In this document: piece after piece, positions 35,880 to 47,395 of the stretch | Position numbering within the stretch: position 1 is the stretch's first letter | Layout of the letters: every line of letters begins with the position of its first letter | Source of the DNA: Carcharhinus amblyrhynchos | Taxonomy: Eukaryota | Length of the DNA stretch: 64,000 nucleotides | NCBI GenBank assembly: GCA_965287045.1 | Contig: OZ336879.1 | Span: 72,974,001 to 73,038,000 of the forward strand | Reading direction: 5' to 3' | Notes under the pieces: generated by a model | What the model was told of the DNA's origin: nothing | Databases searched by the model: none | What the model saw: the letters and a program-made list of their open reading frames with translations, nothing else | Made by a program: the position numbers and the translations under genes

Positions 35880-36175
35880 TTTAGTTTATTTATTTGTGTC
35901 ACAAGTAGGCTTACATTAACACTGCAATGAAGTTACTGTGAAAATCCCCTAGTTGCCACTGTCCGGTGCCTGTTCAGGTACACTGACGGAGAATTTAGCA
36001 TGCCAATCCACCTAACCAGCACGTCTTTCAAACTGTGGAAGGAAACTGGAACATGCAGAGGAAGCCCACCAGACATGGGGAGGACATACAAACTCCGCAT
36101 AGACAGTGACCCAAGCCAGGAAACAGACTCAGGTCTCCGGCACTGTGGGCAGCAGTGCTAACCACTGTGCCGGCC
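35880..36175 (-). mobile_element. HE1-type V-SINE, tail type B
   Basis: TGTCACAAGTAGGCTTACATTAACACTGCAATGAAGTTACTGTGAAAATCCCC tail; an extra tail-only copy lies at 35610-35662. Confidence 0.9.
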
Positions 36176-36976
36176 TGTTTAAGATGATTGTCAAAAGGAT
36201 TTTTTGTTCAGCAAGTTGTAATGATCCGGAATTCACTGCCTGAGAAGGTGATGAAATTGGATACAACTGTAACATCAAAAGGGAGTTGAATATAATAGCC
36301 AAATGTTCCAGTCTCACGCGCCTCACTGCTGCTGCCAACGAGAATGGGAAAATCTGGCACTCGGCCAAATCTCCATTCACAGCAGCAGGATTGAAGAATC
36401 CCTGCTACGGGCAAGGTCCGAGAATTCCGGCCAGAGTATGACAAGGACATAAATACCAGGTTATGTGAAATGAACAGGCAAGTGGTACCAACTGCATCAC
36501 TTCTTCAAAGAAGAGGCACAGACATGACTGGTCAAATGGCCAACTTCCCTATACATGTACAACTCTACGAGCAACTTAAATGTGTCATACATTAACTCCG
36601 GCTACAAGTGAGAGAATGTGTCCTGTCTGTGCTGCTGTCCCAGATAATCATCCTGGTTACTTTAAATGTGCAAATTTGCACAGGACATCACAACCAGAAA
36701 AATGAACTCACAAAGACTCCTATGCCACTATGTGGTCATGCGACACATTGTCCACTCCTTCACCAAAGCCTGTGCAACCACAGCAATGATACAAGCCATC
36801 AGATCAGCAACTCTGGTGTTAAGTGCCACCTATCCGTAATCTGGGCTGGACCAATAAAGTTGTGCTCAGGTTGTGAAATATCGATTAAACCCTGGTTAAT
36901 ATCAGGATTCTATGTTATCAAAAGTAACAGATTTATTTTGGAGCAGAATGCATGTTGATTTTGCTCTAAACCACAT

Positions 36977-37648
36977 GTCAGGAAGGCTAATGGGATGCTG
37001 GCCTTCATAGCGAGGAGGATTGAATATAAAAGTAGGGAGGTCTTGCTGCAGCTGTATAGGGCATTGGTGAGGCCGCAGCTGGAGTACTGTGTGCAGTTTT
37101 GGTCGCCGTACTTACGCAAGGATATTTTGGCCTTGGAGGGAGTGCAGAGGAGGTTTACTAGGCTGATACCGGAGTTGAGGGGGTTGAGCTATGAGGAGAG
37201 GCTGAATAAACTAGGCTTGTACTCGTTAGAGTTTAGAAGAATGAGAGGAGATCTCATTGAGACATATAAGATGATGAATGGGATGGATAGGATAGAGGTG
37301 GAGAGACTCTTCCCGCTCAGAAAGGACAGTAGGACTAGGGGGCACAGCCTCAAGATAAAGGGGAGGCGGTTTAGAATGGAGTTGAGGAGGAACTTCTTCA
37401 CTCAAAGGGTGGTGAATCTCTGGAATTCTCTGCCCGTTGAAGTGGTGGAGGCTGCCTCGCTAAATATTTTTAAGAAGCGGGTTGATGGGTTCTTGATAAG
37501 CGAGGGGATTAAGGGTTATGGGGAGAGGGCGGGAATGTGGAACTGAGCCACGACAGATCAGCCATGATCTTATTGAATGGCGGGGCAGGCTCGAAGGGCT
37601 AGATGGCCTACTCCTGCTCCTATTTCTTATGTTCTTATGTATGTTCTT
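36977..37648 (+). mobile_element. Young CR1 3' fragment, same subfamily as 20355-21583
   Basis: The 183-aa ORF differs at 8 residues from the 20450-21583 ORF; same tail. Confidence 0.95.
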
Positions 37649-37897
37649 AACGTATCTTACTTGTATTGGAAGTTCACATAAATCAGAGATTGGCTGGCTT
37701 TCAGATTGTCTCAAATTGGTCATTCTTTGAACAAAGGAGTGATACAGTTTTATAGCCCCTCTGCCACCTGTTAAATTTTCTTCATATGGTGAGGTACACA
37801 TAAATGTGAATGCTGTTCAGATAGTGGCATGTCTCAATAACATCCTTGAATCTACTCTTGATGTGGCGATGCCAGTGTTGGACTGGGGTAAACACAG

Positions 37898-38215
37898 AGG
37901 CTTCTCGGCCTCTTGGCTAAGATCAAGTGTAGTATCAACATGCTGCGCTTGGTTGAAGTCAGTAGGTTACATTTCAGCTTCATTTGAAGCAATTTTTTAA
38001 AGTGGCATCTGGGCCTTTTGGCTAAGATGCAAATTAGATCGAGCCTTGGAGGAGGAGCTATACCTACTCCAATCAGCTTGGATTATGTAGATCAAGCCCA
38101 AGGCAGGAGGTGAGAGCCCTGTCTTATCAGCTTGGATCAGGAATGTCTCAACTTGTTGGGAGTCTGAATTGGCTTTAATTTGACTTGCTTGGATTGGAAT
38201 AAAGTTTTAAAAAAA
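37898..38215 (+). mobile_element. U2 snRNA-headed, poly(A)-tailed retroposon (candidate snRNA-derived SINE)
   Basis: U2 nt 4-40 at the 5' end, AATAAA plus A8 tail, ACAG duplication; splits the Penelope sequence AAACACAG|TAAGAAG. Confidence 0.75.
37900..37936 (+). pseudogene. U2 snRNA 5' fragment (nt 4-40)
   Basis: GCTTCTCGGCCTCTTGGCTAAGATCAAGTGTAGTATC, 36/37 identical to vertebrate U2; no Sm site or 3' stems. Confidence 0.9.
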
Positions 38216-38897
38216 ACAGTAAGAAGTCTCACAACACGAGGTTAAAGTCCAATGGGTTTATTTGGTAACAAAATCCACTTGTTTTCGGAGCGCTGTCCCT
38301 TCGTCAGGTGAGTGGGAGTTCTATTCACAAATAGGACATATAAAGACACAAACTCAATTTACAAAATAATGGTTGGAATGCGAGTCCTTACAGGTAATCA
38401 AGTCTTGAAGGTACAGACAATGTGAGTGGAGAGTGGGTTACGAACAGGTTAAAGAGGTGTGTATTGTCTCCAGCCAGGACAGTTTGTGAGATTTTGCAAG
38501 CCCACACAAGTCATGGGGGTTACAGATAGTGTGACATGAACCCAAGATCCCGGTTGAGGCTGTCCTCGTGCGCGGAACTTGGCTATCAGTCTCTGCTCAT
38601 CTCTGAGCAGAGACTGATAGCCAAGTTCCGCACACATGAGGACGGCCTCAACTGGGATCTTGGGTTCATGTCACACTATCTGTAACCCCCATAATGACTT
38701 GCCTGGGCTTGCAAAATCTCAATAACTGTCCTGTCTTGGGACAAAACACATCTCTTTAAGCTGTGCTTAATGCTCTCTCCGCTTACATTGTCTGTACCTT
38801 TAAGACTTGATTACCTGTAAAGACTCGCATTCCAATCATTATTTTGTAAATTGAGTTTGTGTCTTTATATGTCCTATTTGTGAATAGAACTCCCACT

Positions 38898-38933
38898 CAC
38901 CTGACGAAGGGGCAGCGCTCCGAAAACAAGTGG
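38898..38933 (+). ncRNA. Hammerhead ribozyme motif, probably inactive
   Basis: CAC-CUGACGA-A-GGGGC(AGC)GCUCC-GAAA-ACAA-GUG; lacks the U of the NUH triplet; mirror copy at ~38275-38310 on the - strand. Confidence 0.55.
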
Positions 38934-39024
38934 ACTTTGCTACCAAATAAACCCATTGGACTTTAACCTGGTGTTGTGAGTCTTCTTACTAGATACAAAC
39001 CTTTCACAGTAATATGTAGAATAA

Positions 39025-39190
39025 TAGAATTGCCACAGTGCTGAAGGAGGCCATTTGGCCCATCAAGACTGCATCGACAACAATGCCACCCAAGGTCTAT
39101 CCCCATAACCCCATGTATTTATCCTGCTAGTCCCCCTGACACTAACAGGTAATTTAGCATGGCAATCCACCTAACGAGAACATGCAAACT
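39025..39190 (-). mobile_element. V-SINE 3' fragment
   Basis: CR1-type tail and TAGCATGGCAATCCACCTAAC. Confidence 0.8.
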
Positions 39191-39559
39191 ACTTAGATAT
39201 ATTCTGGAGTTTACTGGAAAATTTCCATACTGCTAATTAATCACAAATCCCTATACAAACCCCTATAGTAAATCTTTTAATTTTAACATATATTCAGATT
39301 ATTTTGATTTCTGTACATATAATCAGATAATTTTTATTAGATTATTTTGAACTTAAGGGCTTTAATTCAGCTTTGAAAGTTTCATTTGCTTATAATGTAA
39401 AATATCGTAAGTGATCCACAAAACATTCCAATCCACACCACAATGCAGACTATACCATATTGTGAGGTCTGTGAGTGATTATTCTGCTTAAGTAATGCTG
39501 ACAAATGCCCAGCTACAGGAATCTATTTGGGAACTTACCAAATCACAGAGTTAAGGAGG

Positions 39560-39846
39560 GGGTGGCACGGTGACATAGTGGTTAGACAGCACTGCTGCCT
39601 CACAGTGCCATGGGCATGGGTTCGATTCCCGTGTTGGGTCACTGCTTGTGTGGAATCTGCACGTTCTCCCCATGTCTATGTGGGTTTCCTCCAGGTGCTC
39701 CGGTTTCCTTCCAAAAGATGGCCATACTAAATGCTCCTCAGTGTACCCAAACAGATGCCGGAGTGTGGCAACTAGGGGATTTTCACAGTAATGTCATTGC
39801 GATGTTAATGTAAAGCCTACTTCTAACACTAATAAATAAATAAATA
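39560..39846 (+). mobile_element. HE1-type V-SINE, tail type B
   Basis: GGTTCGATTCCC B box, V-domain, tail ending (TAAA)n. Confidence 0.9.
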
Positions 39847-40699
39847 ATCGTAAACATCATGGTTATATCGATCGATTATAATCCAGAGGTTGGATTAATG
39901 ATCCAGCAGGTGGGAGATAAAAATACGACCATGGCAACTGGAGAATTTAAATTCAATTGATTTAATAAATCTGGAATAAAATTCAAGTATCAGAAACAGT
40001 GAAACTACCAGAATGTCGAGCAATCTCAGGAGGTGTGACAAATGTCAACAGCTTTTAAAATGAGGAGGGAGGACCAAGCCTTACCAAAAATCGGACCTCC
40101 TGACTTGCAGGTCATAACCAATTCCTACAGCAAGGGGTGTCCCTCCTAACTCTAGCCTTGTGACAGCTTGGCAGAAATTCCCTTCTTTACAATGCCACTT
40201 TGTCCAATATTTGATGTAAAATTCAGGACCCACTATAGCAAAATCTCAGCCAGAGCAGACTTGAAGGGCTGAATGGCCTACTTCTAAGCCTTATGTTTCA
40301 GCCTGCTTGCAACTCTTCTTCAATACCTCCACTGCACTTGCGATGGATCAGAATAGTAACAGAATTAAGAATTGGTCTTTTTATTTAAAACCACAGGGGT
40401 TGTGATTCGTGACCTGCTTTGGCCTGTGGGAGGTAGGCAGCTTATGGATTTGGTGCGGCCCTCTCAATTATTTGATTGTAGCATTTATTTAATTGTACAC
40501 CAACGGTGGCCAATTCTCGACACTGCACTTTAGGAATGATCTGTAGGCCTTAGAGAAGGTGCAGAGAAGACTTGTGAATGGTTCCAGAGATAAGAGATTT
40601 CAGTTACATGAATAAATTGGAGAAGCCATGGTTGTTCTCAAGATAGCATTATTCTAGATAGATTCTACAAGATAGCATTATCTTGTAGAATTTGGTGCA

Positions 40700-41657
40700 G
40701 CTAACCATCTGTTCTTAAAGACAGTCTTCCTATCTTAAAATGAAACAGTGCTAAATTACAGGGAGCTGTACCTGAATAGTTTTGCTGCAATTGTAAACAA
40801 GAAGCATGGAACTCAAGGATGGAGGGAGAGTTCCATAGTTACAGAAGCAGCTCTGGATATATAAGGCTGGAATTGGATAGGTGAAGAAATGTCATGGTTC
40901 CATTGGGGAAATGAGGTGCACAAGACTATCTTTAGAGTGGAATTCAATGGAGGTAGCCAGGGACATCAGAAGTCAGTGTGTGGCTCCAAGGATCTTGCAG
41001 CAGTACCACAGGAAGGCGAAAAACCTCCTGCAGAAGGTCAAAACACCACACCATCATCACACAGCCATCAACTATTCCTGGCACTTAGGATTCACCAGGA
41101 CTAACAACCACAGAGTCCATCTCATCCTCAGGCACCTATCAAAGCTGTCACCTCCTACCCACCTTTCACTGCCTCCGCATGCCTTCACCTTTCAGCTATG
41201 GTTGGCACAAGACCCAAACACAGTGCTACAAAATCATTGATATTCTTCCCTCTCTCTGAAAGGATAAGGTGCACACAAGAGACGGTGGCAGAGCAGAATC
41301 TGTGAGCAGCAGATCTCTTGGGCCATCTTATGGACGAGATGGCTCTCAGCAACATTGGGAAGATTGCAGTGGTGCCCACCACATCTGGCATTACCAAGAA
41401 CATTGAAAGTGATGGTAAATTCTTGCCTCATATTCCTTCTCAACTCCCATTCATCTGGCACGATGAGCAAGCTGCTAACAGTCAGATGGACCTCTAACCT
41501 TCCATGCATCCTCTTCCTTTCCCAACTTACCTCTTCTGATTTTCAGCTTTCAGCTACCCAAGAAGCCTGAGCAGGAGTACTCTTCAGACATCCGCCCTGC
41601 CCTGAACCCCTCCCATCAGCCTGGAAATTGATGCTAGGTGGGAAACGGCCTTTAACT
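40700..41657 (+). pseudogene. Harbinger Myb/SANT gene relic
   Basis: LEWNSMEVARDIRSQCVAPRILQQYHRKAKNLLQKVK resembles the trihelix pattern W.EVA..V....PRT..QC.KK.NDL. Confidence 0.5.
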
Positions 41658-42145
41658 GGTGGCCAATTCTCTAAACTGAACTTCAGGCAGGACCTGTAGG
41701 CTTTAGAGAAGATGCAGAGAAGATTTGTGAATGGTTCCAAGGATAAGAGACTTTAGTTCCATGAGTAGATTGGAGAAGCCATGGTTGTTCTCCTTAAGGA
41801 AGAGAAGATTGAGGAGAGACTTAACTAAGGTATTCAAAATCACACGGGCTCCAGACGGAGTAGATAGAGAGAAATTGTTCTCATTGGTGGGAAGATCGAG
41901 AACAAAAGACTGATAAAAGAACCAAGAGTGACATGAGGAAAATCTTTCCTACACAGCGAGAGAGATTAAGACCTAGGTGTGCTGCCTGAGAGCATGGTGG
42001 AAGCTGATATCAAAAGGGAAGTGGATAAGCCATTGAAAAGAAAAGATATACAGAGCCACAAGGAATGTACAGGGAATGGGACTAACTGAGCTGTTCCTGT
42101 AGATAGCTGCCTTGGAAGGAGGGGCCAAATGGCCTCCTATTTTCA
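41658..42145 (+). mobile_element. Old CR1 3' fragment (first 135 bp duplicated at 40505-40639)
   Basis: LEK-WLFSL-KRRLR-DL--VFKI. Confidence 0.8.
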
Positions 42146-42209
42146 TGCAGAAAGTCAAGGCAGGGACTCCATCATTTGTTGTGATGGTAAGCAAACAAAT
42201 GATTTGTGT

Positions 42210-42492
42210 CTTGGCTTGGGTCACTGTCTGTGTGGAGTTTGCACATTCTCCTTGTGTCTGCGTGGGTTTCCTCTGGGTACTCTGGTTTCCTTCCACAGTC
42301 CAAAGATGTACGCATTAGGTGGATTGGCCATGCTAAGAAATTGCCCCTTAGTGTGCAGGGATGCGTAGGTTAGAGGGATTAGTGGGTATAATAGGTAGGG
42401 ATATGGGGGTTGGGCCTGGGTGGGATTGCGGTCGGTGCAGACTCGATAGGCCGAAGGGCCTCTTTCTGCACTGTAGGGGTCTATGATTCTAT
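42210..42492 (+). mobile_element. Headless V-SINE
   Basis: V-domain plus CR1-type tail GGCCGAAGGGCCT...(TCTATGAT)n. Confidence 0.9.
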
Positions 42493-42794
42493 AAATCACT
42501 AACACCCACAGAGTTATATTATTCACAGAGAGTGAAGCACTCTCAATAACATGGTGTATCTTATATTTTCACCTCTATTTATATGGAAGCGAGAATGAAT
42601 TAATAACTGATGATAGGCCATTAGCGGGATTGCTCAAGAATCCACTTAGCTAACTACTGACTCGAATAGAGCACTGGATATTCAAACTACCACTTTAATG
42701 TTGAGTACCAGTCAGGCAAGCTCAAATCAGCAGATTCTTTTTTTGTGACCTCATAAGGAAAATTCTGAATTTGTTGCTAATTTGCTTTTAATTA

Positions 42795-43082
42795 TTTTGT
42801 GGCAAGGCCAGCATTTGTTACCCATCCCTAATTGCCCTCGAACTGAGTGGCTTGCTGAGGGTAGCTAAGAGTCAACCACATGGCTGTGGGTCTGGAGTTT
42901 GATGTCTACCATACCAAATAAAGACTTTCCTCCCTAAAGGGGCATTAATGGACCGGATGGGCTTTTACAATCATTGATGATAGTTGTCATGGTTACTGCA
43001 GCTAGCTTCATTGTCTAGATTTATTAATTTAAGTGCCCCTCTGGTGGGATTTGAACCCTTGTCCCCAGAGCATTAGCCTAGG
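42795..43082 (-). mobile_element. tRNA-headed SINE family 2
   Basis: GGCCAGCATTTGTTACCCATCCC tail; GGGATTTGAACCC B box. Confidence 0.8.
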
Positions 43083-43087
43083 GATTT

Positions 43088-43430
43088 AGAATCCCCACTG
43101 AGCAGAAGACATCATTCGGCCCATCTAGTCTGCACCAATTCTCTGACAGAATATCTTTACCAGGCCCTCTGCCCATCCTATCCCTGTAACCCTACACATT
43201 TACCATGGCTAATCTGTCTAATTCACACATCTTGGAACACTAACGGGTAATTTAGCATGGCCAATCCTAACCTGCACATCTTTGGACTGTGGGAAGAAAC
43301 TGGAGCACTCGGAGGAAACCATGTCAACACATGGAGAATGCGCAAATTTCACACAGTCACCCAAAGCTGGAATCAAACCTGGGTCCCTGGTGCTGTGAGG
43401 CAGCAGTGCTAACAACTGTGCCACCGTGTC
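43088..43430 (-). mobile_element. HE1-type V-SINE
   Basis: Head, V-domain and tail. Confidence 0.9.
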
Positions 43431-43544
43431 GGGAATTACTAGTCCCCTACTGTCACCTGGAATCTCCACAGGGGTCTCCCGATTTAGTATAGGAGATTCA
43501 GTGGAAGATTGACAGGCTTCTCAGGGAGATAACATGAAAGTATA

Positions 43545-43930
43545 AAAATAAAGAATAAAGAACAAAATCAGCCCGGGAAACAGGCCCTTCGGCCCAACGA
43601 GCCTGCTCCGCCATCTCAACACCACCAGTCCCCCTCTCCACCCGCGACCCCTGTCTAATGTTTTATGGCCATCCAGATTGAGGGAATCTGATTTAGGGAC
43701 AATTTATTCCTTCCAATCAGCCTAACAGCACATCTTTGGGGTGTGGGGGGAAACCGGAGCACCCGGAGAAAACCCACGCAAGCATGGGGAGAATGCGCAA
43801 ACTCCCACAGACACCAGCCCAAATCCATGTGTCTGCACAGCAATCAGCGATAGTCACTGAGCTGTCGTCTTGCCCAGTATCTGGTCCATTGCCCATCGGC
43901 AAGATGTCCCACGGATTTCTAGGTGATTAG
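43545..43930 (-). mobile_element. Diverged copy of the composite CR1 3'UTR / V-domain module seen at 9190-9536
   Basis: Shares CAGCTC(A/G)GTGACTA...TGTGCAGA(C/T)ACATGGATTTGGGC...GTCTGTGGGAGTTTGCGCATTCTCCC and GGCTCGTTGGGCCGAAGGGCCTGTTTCCC. Confidence 0.85.
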
Positions 43931-44609
43931 AAGAACACAGTGGAAGGTCAGGACATACGTTCTGACTGGCTTTGATTTTCTTCTCACTTTGAAACAAAGG
44001 TTACCTTAAAAAAAATTCTCCCCTTCTATCGGCTGTGCTGTTGGGAGAAAGTTTTAAAATATATACTGGAAAATAAATGACAATTCCTTCAATTCAGTAC
44101 AATATCAACACATCACAATAAAGCTACTCATCAAGTGACTGAGCACAAACTAAGTGAAAACAGTCTTTTGATATATTCAGTTCAATGTGAGTATAAATCA
44201 TCCTACCTTTGTTTATGGTACACTCCCCCCGGATGTCTAAACGTACCTTTTTTTCCCTGTTCTGATGCTTCTCCAAGGAACAACTTGATGGCCAGTATTG
44301 ACACAGGTGACTGGCCTACAATGCAAAATCCCAATCAACATTATATTGTGTTTCAAATGTTCATCTCCTCACATCTTAAACAATGCAATGATCTCTGCTT
44401 CAATTATTTCCTGTGATCAAGGAAGAATTATATAACTGTAAAATGACTAATAGGTCACATTTCATACTTCTACCATGGTTTGAGCTAGCCACACTGGGCT
44501 CTGCAGCACTCAATCACATGCTGTTGCCCAACACCAATTTACACAGTTATTCAAAGCCAAGGAAATGCACAGGAGACTGTTTATGGGCTTCAAAAGTGCT
44601 AATGAGAGA

Positions 44610-44932
44610 CACGGTGGCACAGTGGTAAGCACTTCTGTCTCACAGCGCCAGGCACCAGGGTTCGATTCCAGCCTTGGGTGACTGTCTTGTGTGGAGTTTG
44701 CACGTTCTCCCCAAGTTTGCATGGGTTTCCTCTCACACTCCAAAGATGTGTGGGTTAAATGGATTGGCCTTGTTAAATTGCCCCATAGTGTCCCAGGATG
44801 TGTAGGTTAGGAGGGTGGGGAAGGTTAATGTGCTGGGTTACTGGTTTAGAGCATGGGTAGAATGCTTTGTTGAGGGGTCCTTGCAGATTTAATGGGCCAA
44901 ATGGCTTCCTTCTGCACTCTAAGGATTCTATG
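44610..44932 (+). mobile_element. HE1-type V-SINE
   Basis: A and B boxes, V-domain, CR1-type tail. Confidence 0.9.
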
Positions 44933-45529
44933 AAACAAACAGTTGCTGAGTTTATGCAGCATTTTTTTTATTTCAGATTTCCTGAATCCACAGCATTTTG
45001 CTTTTATTTAAAATAATGTTTATTGCTGCTGAATTTATAAAATTACTATCACAAAACAAATTTTTCTCTGGACTGATTTTCTCCTTCAGACAATAGTTGG
45101 CTTGATGTGAATCATCGTAGATGCTGCATTGACGCCACCTTCAGGCAGTTCATAGTGGGCAATTACTGCTTGACTCATTTCTCTCAAATGCACGCATTTA
45201 ACAAAAATGTAAGCTGGTTTTTAGTTGTTTCAAGTACAATTTGAATAGTGACACTTTTCTTACACTTTTCCCCCTCTCCCCCCACCCCCATAGCAAAGGG
45301 TACAGGTAGGAGAGGATCAGGAACTGAGTTGATCAGCCATGATCATAATGAATAGCCGAGCAGGCAAGAGGGGCTGAATGGCCTACTTCTGTTTTTCATG
45401 TTTCTGTGTTACAATTGGCAGATCTCTGTGTCAAAATGATCATGCATGAGGCATCCTTTTCAGTTCAATCTCAAATTACCAATGTCAATTGTGAGCCCAA
45501 CACATGCTTCAGATCCGTTTGTTCAAATT

Positions 45530-46272
45530 TAATTATTTATTAGCAACACACGTAGGCTGACATTAACACTGCAATGAAGTTACTGTGAAAATCCCCTAGT
45601 TACCACACTCCAGCTCCAGTTTGAGTACACTGAGGGAGAATTTAGCGTGGCCAATGCACCTAATCAGCACGTAAGTTCATAAGATATAGCAGCAGAATTA
45701 GGCAAAATCAAGTCTGGTCCATCATTCAATCATAGCTGATATGCTCCTCATCCCCATTTTCCTGCCTTCTCCCCACAACCTTTCAACCAATTAAAAATCT
45801 GTCTAATTCCTCTTTAAATTTACTCACTGTCCCAGCATCCACTGCGCTTTGGAGTAGCAAATTCCACAGATTCACAATCCTTTGGGAGAAGTAGTTTCTC
45901 CTCAACTCTGTTTTAAATTTGCTATCCTTTATTCTAAGATTACAACCTCTCATCCTGGAATGCCCCACAAGAGGAAGCATCCACCCCACATCTACTTTAT
46001 CCATACCTTTTATCATCTTATATACCTCAATTTGATTGCCCCTCATTCTTCTAAATTCCAGTGAGTATAGGCCTAAACTGTTCAATCTCTCTTCATATGA
46101 CAAACCCCTCACCTCTGGAATCACCTTTCAGACCGTGGGAGGAAACAAGAGCAACTGAAGGAAACCCCACGCAGATACGGGGAGAACATGCAGACTCTGT
46201 ACAGGCAGTGTCCCAAGCCGGGAATCTAATGCTGAAGCTGCAAGGCAGCAGTGTTAAACACTGTGCCGCCCT
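45530..46272 (-). mobile_element. V-SINE (tail type B) interrupted by CR1 3' fragment 45672-46125
   Basis: SINE halves flank the ORF IPEVRGLSYEERLNSLGLYSLEFRRMRG. Confidence 0.85.
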
Positions 46273-47395
46273 TAAGGCAAACAATCACAATGGAGCACAG
46301 CATGCAAGGTAAATGTTGGTACAAGTGTGGTATATTCACTCTCCCCGGGGTGCACAGCAGCCAGACAAACTAACCCCTGGAGGGTGCCATCAAAAATCGA
46401 CAAGTGCAAAATGATAAACCTCTTTGAATGTAGAGTCAGAAGTAGTATTCAAGATGCAATGGACTTTTTTGTTCAGTATTTTGTTAGTAGAAGATAGATA
46501 AATTGTAATTTTTTTCCTAAGACCTTCAGTTTAAATTATATAGAGTATAATTTAGTACATGGAGGTTAATTATGTGGACTTCCAGAAGGTATTTAATAAG
46601 GTTCTGCAACACATGTGAAAGCCCAAAGAATTGGAGGGAACTTCATTGGCATGTATTGTAAATCGGCTGACTATTTTTCTGGTCCCACAGAGGAAAGTGA
46701 GGAGCAACATTATAAAGTAACAGCTCATTCACCACCTGGCATGTTCCTGCTGTTGAACAGAGTCAAGACGGCCGCTTCTTTTGGGTTAATTAAATAAACT
46801 AATCGAGAGGTAAATTGAAAGGCAGCTCCATAAAGAGAAACTGGCTGTATCAGCATAAAGGGAGGCAGCATCTACATGCCTGGCTGCAACAGATAGGTTA
46901 TTACACTTATTAATAGACCAACTGGGGAGAACATTGATGGTGCCACTAGGTCCAGAATCCAATCTTTAAATGGAGACAGTCATCTATCAACAGGGAAGGG
47001 GAACACTGGAACCTTCTCTCTCTCACCCTAGCACAGACCCACTGGGATGCACCAGGTACAGCCACAGTCCATCCTGTCAAGAGGGATTTCCTTTCCCACT
47101 GATGGTTGCACCAACACAGTGTTTTATTATTTTTTCTCAATGCTACAAAGAGCACCTCTGTTTCAGGCACTTCTGTAGTTCCCTAGCTCATGGTGGGTCT
47201 GCAAGCCAGATATCATTACCAGCCCCCTGCTGGACTTCCCAGCAATTTCAATTCCAGTGTTTCACTCTGCCCAGCGTAACTTGTAGAACCCTCCACTTTC
47301 TGTCCAATTTTGAATTATTATAGAATGAAGGTAACCCTCCGGCCTTCAATGTGGTGGAAACTATTTCCAGTACAAACACAGCTTAGATACATGTG

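Larger units (their letters stand above)
37860..38990. mobile_element. Penelope-like element in tail-to-tail (fold-back) configuration
   Basis: ~385-bp inverted arms with a 4-nt spacer; 38605-38685 encodes EQRLIAKFRTHEDGLNWDLGFMSHYL* (GIY-YIG C-terminus); hammerhead motif in each arm. Confidence 0.85.

Noticed and set aside
37900-37936. Functional U2 snRNA gene
   Set aside because: Only nt 4-40 present; no Sm site, 3' stems, PSE or 3' box; embedded in a repeat
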